Source of the DNA: a virus
Strand: one strand, 5' to 3'
DNA: 64,000 bases
Virus record (IMG/VR): IMGVR_UViG_3300028558_000001
Location: 96,001-160,000 of that record
Shown here in pieces: positions 59,920-64,000 of this stretch (position 1 is its first letter; each line of letters begins with the position of its first letter). The position numbers and the translations under genes are program-made. Below the pieces are notes generated by a model. It was not told the DNA's origin, did no database searches, and saw only the letters and a program-made list of their open reading frames with translations.

Positions 59920-60669
59920 ATGTCAGATAAAAAGTTTTTTATCTATATCATAGGGTCAACTCATCAACTTAGACAACCATATGATACTTGTTATATGTAT
60001 TACGGCGACAATATGGAAGTCGAATGGAATAGATGTTCTAATGCAGATTCTAAAATTGGACGTTATATTAGAATGAATAATTTGAGCTTTGATAAAAACT
60101 TCATGGTCATTCATTTTGGTAGTTTCGATCAATGCCGTGAAATATACAAACAGAATAGACCAGTTCATGGATTGGGTTTAAATGATGAAGCTGATGAAGA
60201 ACATTACAAAAAGAAAGTGTCTAACTGGAAAGCCCCAACTAAAAAGCCTTGGGAAATGACCAGAGAGGAATATAAGGCATGGGAAAAGAGACAGTCTGGA
60301 GAAAATCTAGGTAAAGGAAAGGGATTTAACTTTAAAGGACAATTGAATCCCAATGCCGTTATCTGGAAGATAACTGATCCAGAGGGAAATGAAACTATCA
60401 TTGAAGGTGGAATCAGAAATTACTGTAATGAACATAATATATCTGAATTTACATTAAAGGATCATCTAGGAGACGTTATTCAGGAACCAAACTATAGTTC
60501 TGATAACGGTCAATGTAATGGATATATCCCTAAGAGCGAAGAATTACATAAAAGAAGGCTTAATACGGTAGGATTTAAACTTGAACGCTTGACTCCGAAG
60601 AAGTTTAGGTATAGAAAGGACTGGCAAAGAGATTTGGGGATAAGGGTTTATAAGAACCTTCGTCCATAA
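59920..60669 (+). CDS. homing-endonuclease-derived protein (degenerate GIY-YIG-like N-terminus, NUMOD-like C-terminus)
   Basis: FFIYII...YMYYG; NPNAVIWKITDPEG...IRNYCNEHNI. Confidence 0.45.
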   Translation: MSDKKFFIYIIGSTHQLRQPYDTCYMYYGDNMEVEWNRCSNADSKIGRYIRMNNLSFDKNFMVIHFGSFDQCREIYKQNRPVHGLGLNDEADEEHYKKKVSNWKAPTKKPWEMTREEYKAWEKRQSGENLGKGKGFNFKGQLNPNAVIWKITDPEGNETIIEGGIRNYCNEHNISEFTLKDHLGDVIQEPNYSSDNGQCNGYIPKSEELHKRRLNTVGFKLERLTPKKFRYRKDWQRDLGIRVYKNLRP

Positions 60670-60690
60670 ACGTTATGAAAGGAAGTAATA

Positions 60691-61221
60691 ATGGCAGACA
60701 TATGGTTTATTTCAGATACCCATTTCGGGCATCGAAACATTCTAACATTTAAAGAAGAAGACGGACGCCCTGTTCGCGGTCAATTTTCTACAGTTGAAGA
60801 AATGAACGAACATATGATTAATGAATGGAACAAGCTTGTTAAACCTCAAGACAAGGTTTACCACCTTGGCGATGTTGGTTTTGGATCATTCATTAATGAT
60901 GGTATTCTTTATCGTCTTACTGGAAAAAAGAGACTTGTTCTTGGAAATCATGATGATAGGTATCTCAAGAACAATGAGTTTACCAAGCATTTTGATAAGA
61001 TTATGCTTTGGAGAGTATTCAAGGGATTTGATTTTATCTGTACTCACGTTCCCCTAAGAGAAGATCAGTTTAGGGATGGGTGTACATTTAATGTTCATGG
61101 TCATATCCATACACGCCCTCTTGCTTCTAAAAATCATGCGGCTGTCTGTGTAGAGTTGACTGATTACCGTCCACTTCATCTAGACGAAGTTATGCAGAAG
61201 ATCAAGGAAACTAGACAATAA
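60691..61221 (+). CDS. calcineurin-like metallophosphoesterase
   Basis: SDTHFGH, YHLGD, GNHD, THVP, VHGHIH. Confidence 0.88.
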   Translation: MADIWFISDTHFGHRNILTFKEEDGRPVRGQFSTVEEMNEHMINEWNKLVKPQDKVYHLGDVGFGSFINDGILYRLTGKKRLVLGNHDDRYLKNNEFTKHFDKIMLWRVFKGFDFICTHVPLREDQFRDGCTFNVHGHIHTRPLASKNHAAVCVELTDYRPLHLDEVMQKIKETRQ

Positions 61222-61250
61222 AAAAGGGAGGCTAAATGCCTCCCTAATTT
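61221..61250. terminator. terminator hairpin between convergent genes (after gene 23)
   Basis: AGGGAGGC-taaat-GCCTCCCT with A-tract (U-tract on minus strand). Confidence 0.8.
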
Positions 61251-61269
61251 GTTTCTTAATGTGAATAGA

Positions 61270-62625
61270 TCACATAAGATGCTGCACCATAACTCTACGA
61301 TAGTAGAGATTTGAGTCTTGTACTAGAGCGCCTGAACCAACGGTTAGACCCTGAGCGAATGGGTTGGCTACCATGCCGTAACGAGTCTTGAAACCAATCT
61401 TTGGCTGATAGGTGTTTGGATCAACTGCACGGACCATCTGTAGTGGAACGTATGGGCAGTAGAATAGACCAGCATCATACTGATTGCCGCCCTTTAGACC
61501 TAGGGTTAGATAGTTGCCAGTTGTATATGGATCAATATAGACCTTAATACGACCGTTTAGAAGACCAGCAAAAGTATTACCAGTATCATCAACGCCTAGC
61601 TTGATAGCTAGTTCTGGAGTATAATCTAGTAGTTCGGCCATGTTTAGAGCAGAAGCCACGTCTGATGAACAGATCATGATGTTGCCCTTACCACGTCTGG
61701 TTGTCTTAGCGATCTGGTTAGCTTCACGCTCGATCTGATAGACTAGACCCTTGAACTTTTCAACTGACCAACGACCATTTGAGTCAACGTCTAGATCGAA
61801 GAAACCAGCAGTTGTGGTATCGGTCTGAGCGCCGGGAACGGCTGTGATGTTAATTGTACGAACTAGTTCGCGGTTAATTTCAGCTAGAAGTTCGCCCTGA
61901 ATAATATTGGCTAGTTCTGTTTCAGCATCAAGACCGTGAATTGCCTTTAAGTCTTGTGCTAGTTCGATTGAATAAGAACCCTGTAGCCCGCGTGAACCGG
62001 CTGTTACAGTTGTCTTTTCAATGTCGAAAGCGACTTCTGGGAATACAGAGTTACCTGATCCTAGACCTTCGGCCTGTGCTGTTGAGATTGAACGACCATA
62101 GTTGTATAGTGCTGCACCAGAGTTGTTAGAAACTGATGGAGTAGTACCAACCTGACCACCACCTAGAACGGAAGTATTTGCAGTACCAACGTTTGCACCA
62201 GCAAATGAAGTGAAAGCAGTATTAACTTCGTTATAGAAGTTTTCTGGACCAGTCTGTGAAGCATAGCGTGAACGCATTGCGAAGATGATACCAGTTGGGC
62301 CAGTCATTGGCTGGACGCCAGCAATATCATAAGCAATTAGGTTAGGCATTGCTCTACGAACTAGAGAAATTAGAATTGGATCGAAGGTGTCGATAGCACC
62401 GGAACCGGCTGTTGATGAAGATGTACCCATTGAGTTGGTTGGTGCGCCTTCGAATAGTGTCTGGCGTGAACCAGCAGAAGAAGCGGAACCTAGCTCACGG
62501 ACCATGTTCTCAAGAACAGTAGCCGTTACGAACTTGCGGTGATTATCCTTAATCTCGGGCATTTCGTCGTGCTCTAGAATTGGATTCCACTTATTAAAAA
62601 GGTCTTCTTTTAGATACTGTTGCAT
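61270..62625 (-). CDS. 23: major capsid protein gp23
   Basis: LISLVRRAMPNLIAYDIAGVQPMTGPTG, DLKAIHGLDAE, GFKTRYG. Confidence 0.98.
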   Translation of the reverse strand: MQQYLKEDLFNKWNPILEHDEMPEIKDNHRKFVTATVLENMVRELGSASSAGSRQTLFEGAPTNSMGTSSSTAGSGAIDTFDPILISLVRRAMPNLIAYDIAGVQPMTGPTGIIFAMRSRYASQTGPENFYNEVNTAFTSFAGANVGTANTSVLGGGQVGTTPSVSNNSGAALYNYGRSISTAQAEGLGSGNSVFPEVAFDIEKTTVTAGSRGLQGSYSIELAQDLKAIHGLDAETELANIIQGELLAEINRELVRTINITAVPGAQTDTTTAGFFDLDVDSNGRWSVEKFKGLVYQIEREANQIAKTTRRGKGNIMICSSDVASALNMAELLDYTPELAIKLGVDDTGNTFAGLLNGRIKVYIDPYTTGNYLTLGLKGGNQYDAGLFYCPYVPLQMVRAVDPNTYQPKIGFKTRYGMVANPFAQGLTVGSGALVQDSNLYYRRVMVQHLM

Positions 62626-62685
62626 TTTTGTAAAAACTCCTAGTTGTAATTTCTTTTATATATTTATGGTTTTGTTATTTTTAAC

Positions 62686-63813
62686 TTATTTACTTCTCTT
62701 GATAGCTCTTGCTAACTGAGCAATTGTAGGATCAATGTACTTTGTTCCCTCAGTAATTGTCTGTTCCTCAACTGTATCAGATGTAAGTGCTGTATCGCTC
62801 TTAGTATTCTTGGAGAAATAATTCTCCTTAACTACTAATAGCTTTGCCTTATATGTATCAAGATCAGTAAATTCGATACCTTCGGCTAGGGTTCTGAACT
62901 TCTCAAGCTGAGTTAAAGTTAGACCTTCTTTAATGTCATCAAATACTTCATTCTTAGCAGCTTCTTCTAGAACCTTAGTTAGCTCAATATTTTCGTTAAC
63001 AAGGTCATTATACTTAGCTTCTAGTTTTTCTTTTTCTGAAACTACAGAGGTAAGTACATCAATCTTGTCTTCTGGAATATCAATATAATGTTCTTCGAAT
63101 AGACCTTTTAGACCATCAATAAATCCACTCATCATTTCATTACGTAAAGTAGATTCTACGGCAACTTGATTATCCTCAAGCCACTTCTCAGCAACGTAAT
63201 CTAGATAATCATTTAGATTTTCTGTTAGTGCTGTTTCGATTTCTTCGACTGCTTCTGCTAGAGAAACTTCATAAGCTTCCTCTAGGCGAACTGTTTCTTC
63301 TGTAATTTTTAGAGAAACAGCAGCATCAAATAGGGTTGAAGCCTTTGACTTAAATTCTTCTGTGAATTCTGTACCAGCAAAGATTGTATCCATATCTTCC
63401 TTAACAGCGGCAGAAGGCTTAGCCTTAATTGAAGCTGCATTTGAAGAAGCATTAGCTGAACCGGGAAGCTTCTCTGTCTCTTTACCAATCTGAGCAATCA
63501 TTTCATTATAATGATTGATTACGTCTGTGGTTGATCTAGCAGCTAGATTATGCATAATAGCTTTCAAAGCATCTAGCTTTGACTTTGGATCGGAATTTGA
63601 AGAATCAGCGGACGCATGAGTCTTAAGGGTTTCAGCAGCAGTTGTTTCAGTTACTTCTGTCTTGTCTTCAAATGATTCAGTTAGTTCTTCTTTTGAAACT
63701 TCTTCCTTTGAACCATCTTCCCACTCTAGTACGATTGAGGACTCTTTAACTTCTACTACTGTGGCTTTCTTGCCTTCATCTTCAAGAATGTCGCCAATTT
63801 TAAAATTTAGCAT
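62686..63813 (-). CDS. 22: prohead core scaffold protein gp22
   Basis: EEFKSKASTLFDAAV, YLDYVAEKWLEDN, LFEEHYIDIPEDK. Confidence 0.93.
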   Translation of the reverse strand: MLNFKIGDILEDEGKKATVVEVKESSIVLEWEDGSKEEVSKEELTESFEDKTEVTETTAAETLKTHASADSSNSDPKSKLDALKAIMHNLAARSTTDVINHYNEMIAQIGKETEKLPGSANASSNAASIKAKPSAAVKEDMDTIFAGTEFTEEFKSKASTLFDAAVSLKITEETVRLEEAYEVSLAEAVEEIETALTENLNDYLDYVAEKWLEDNQVAVESTLRNEMMSGFIDGLKGLFEEHYIDIPEDKIDVLTSVVSEKEKLEAKYNDLVNENIELTKVLEEAAKNEVFDDIKEGLTLTQLEKFRTLAEGIEFTDLDTYKAKLLVVKENYFSKNTKSDTALTSDTVEEQTITEGTKYIDPTIAQLARAIKRSK

Positions 63814-63890
63814 ATTTACCTACTCCAATATATTATGAGAAAATCTTTTAATTATTTATTGTTTTTATACGTTTATGTGCCTATCAGGTA

Positions 63891-63998
63891 TTACTGATAG
63901 AACCCATGAATAACACCAGCTTCAATAGTATTACCGGCACCAAAAGAAGGAACGTTTAGAGTAATAGCAGTATTGATAGCAGAAGCAGGAATTGGTGG
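63891..63998 (-). CDS. 3' end of a gene truncated by the window edge
   Basis: open frame PPIPASAINTAITLNVPSFGAGNTIEAGVIHGFYQ-stop. Confidence 0.5.
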   Translation of the reverse strand, partial: PPIPASAINTAITLNVPSFGAGNTIEAGVIHGFYQ

Positions 63999-64000
63999 CA

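Noticed and set aside
1-64000. Genome-wide TAG reassignment (code 15) suggested by the CUA tRNA
   Set aside because: All core genes, including late structural ones, are full length in code 11, and gp41 ends at TAG at the expected length

Overview
64 kb of an AT-rich, T4-like (Tevenvirus-superfamily) myovirus genome read in the standard code. Core genes: rnh, gp33, gp59, gp32, tape measure/hub with gp51/gp26/gp54-like genes, gp41, uvsX, gp43, regA, gp62/44/45, gp46/47, gp55, uvsW/Y, gp3, gp23, gp22. There are two tRNA regions (10.0-11.0 kb on +, 34.9-45.8 kb on -; 24 tRNA genes read by eye) and many small accessory ORFs. The most unusual items are: (1) two adjacent small genes after RNase H, each carrying a different conserved segment of the phage's own major capsid protein; (2) an amber-suppressor tRNA(CUA) about 420 bp upstream of a short leader ORF with an in-frame UAG, whose read-through segment pairs with the ribosome-binding site of a Pth2-like gene (candidate suppression-sensing attenuator); (3) several structured non-coding RNAs in the tRNA cluster, including a circularly permuted (YrlA-like) tRNA module and a 140-nt tRNA-shaped RNA with a large insert; (4) a likely -1 frameshift joining gp26 and gp51 upstream of the tape measure gene. 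All calls come from manual motif reading; no database searches were run.
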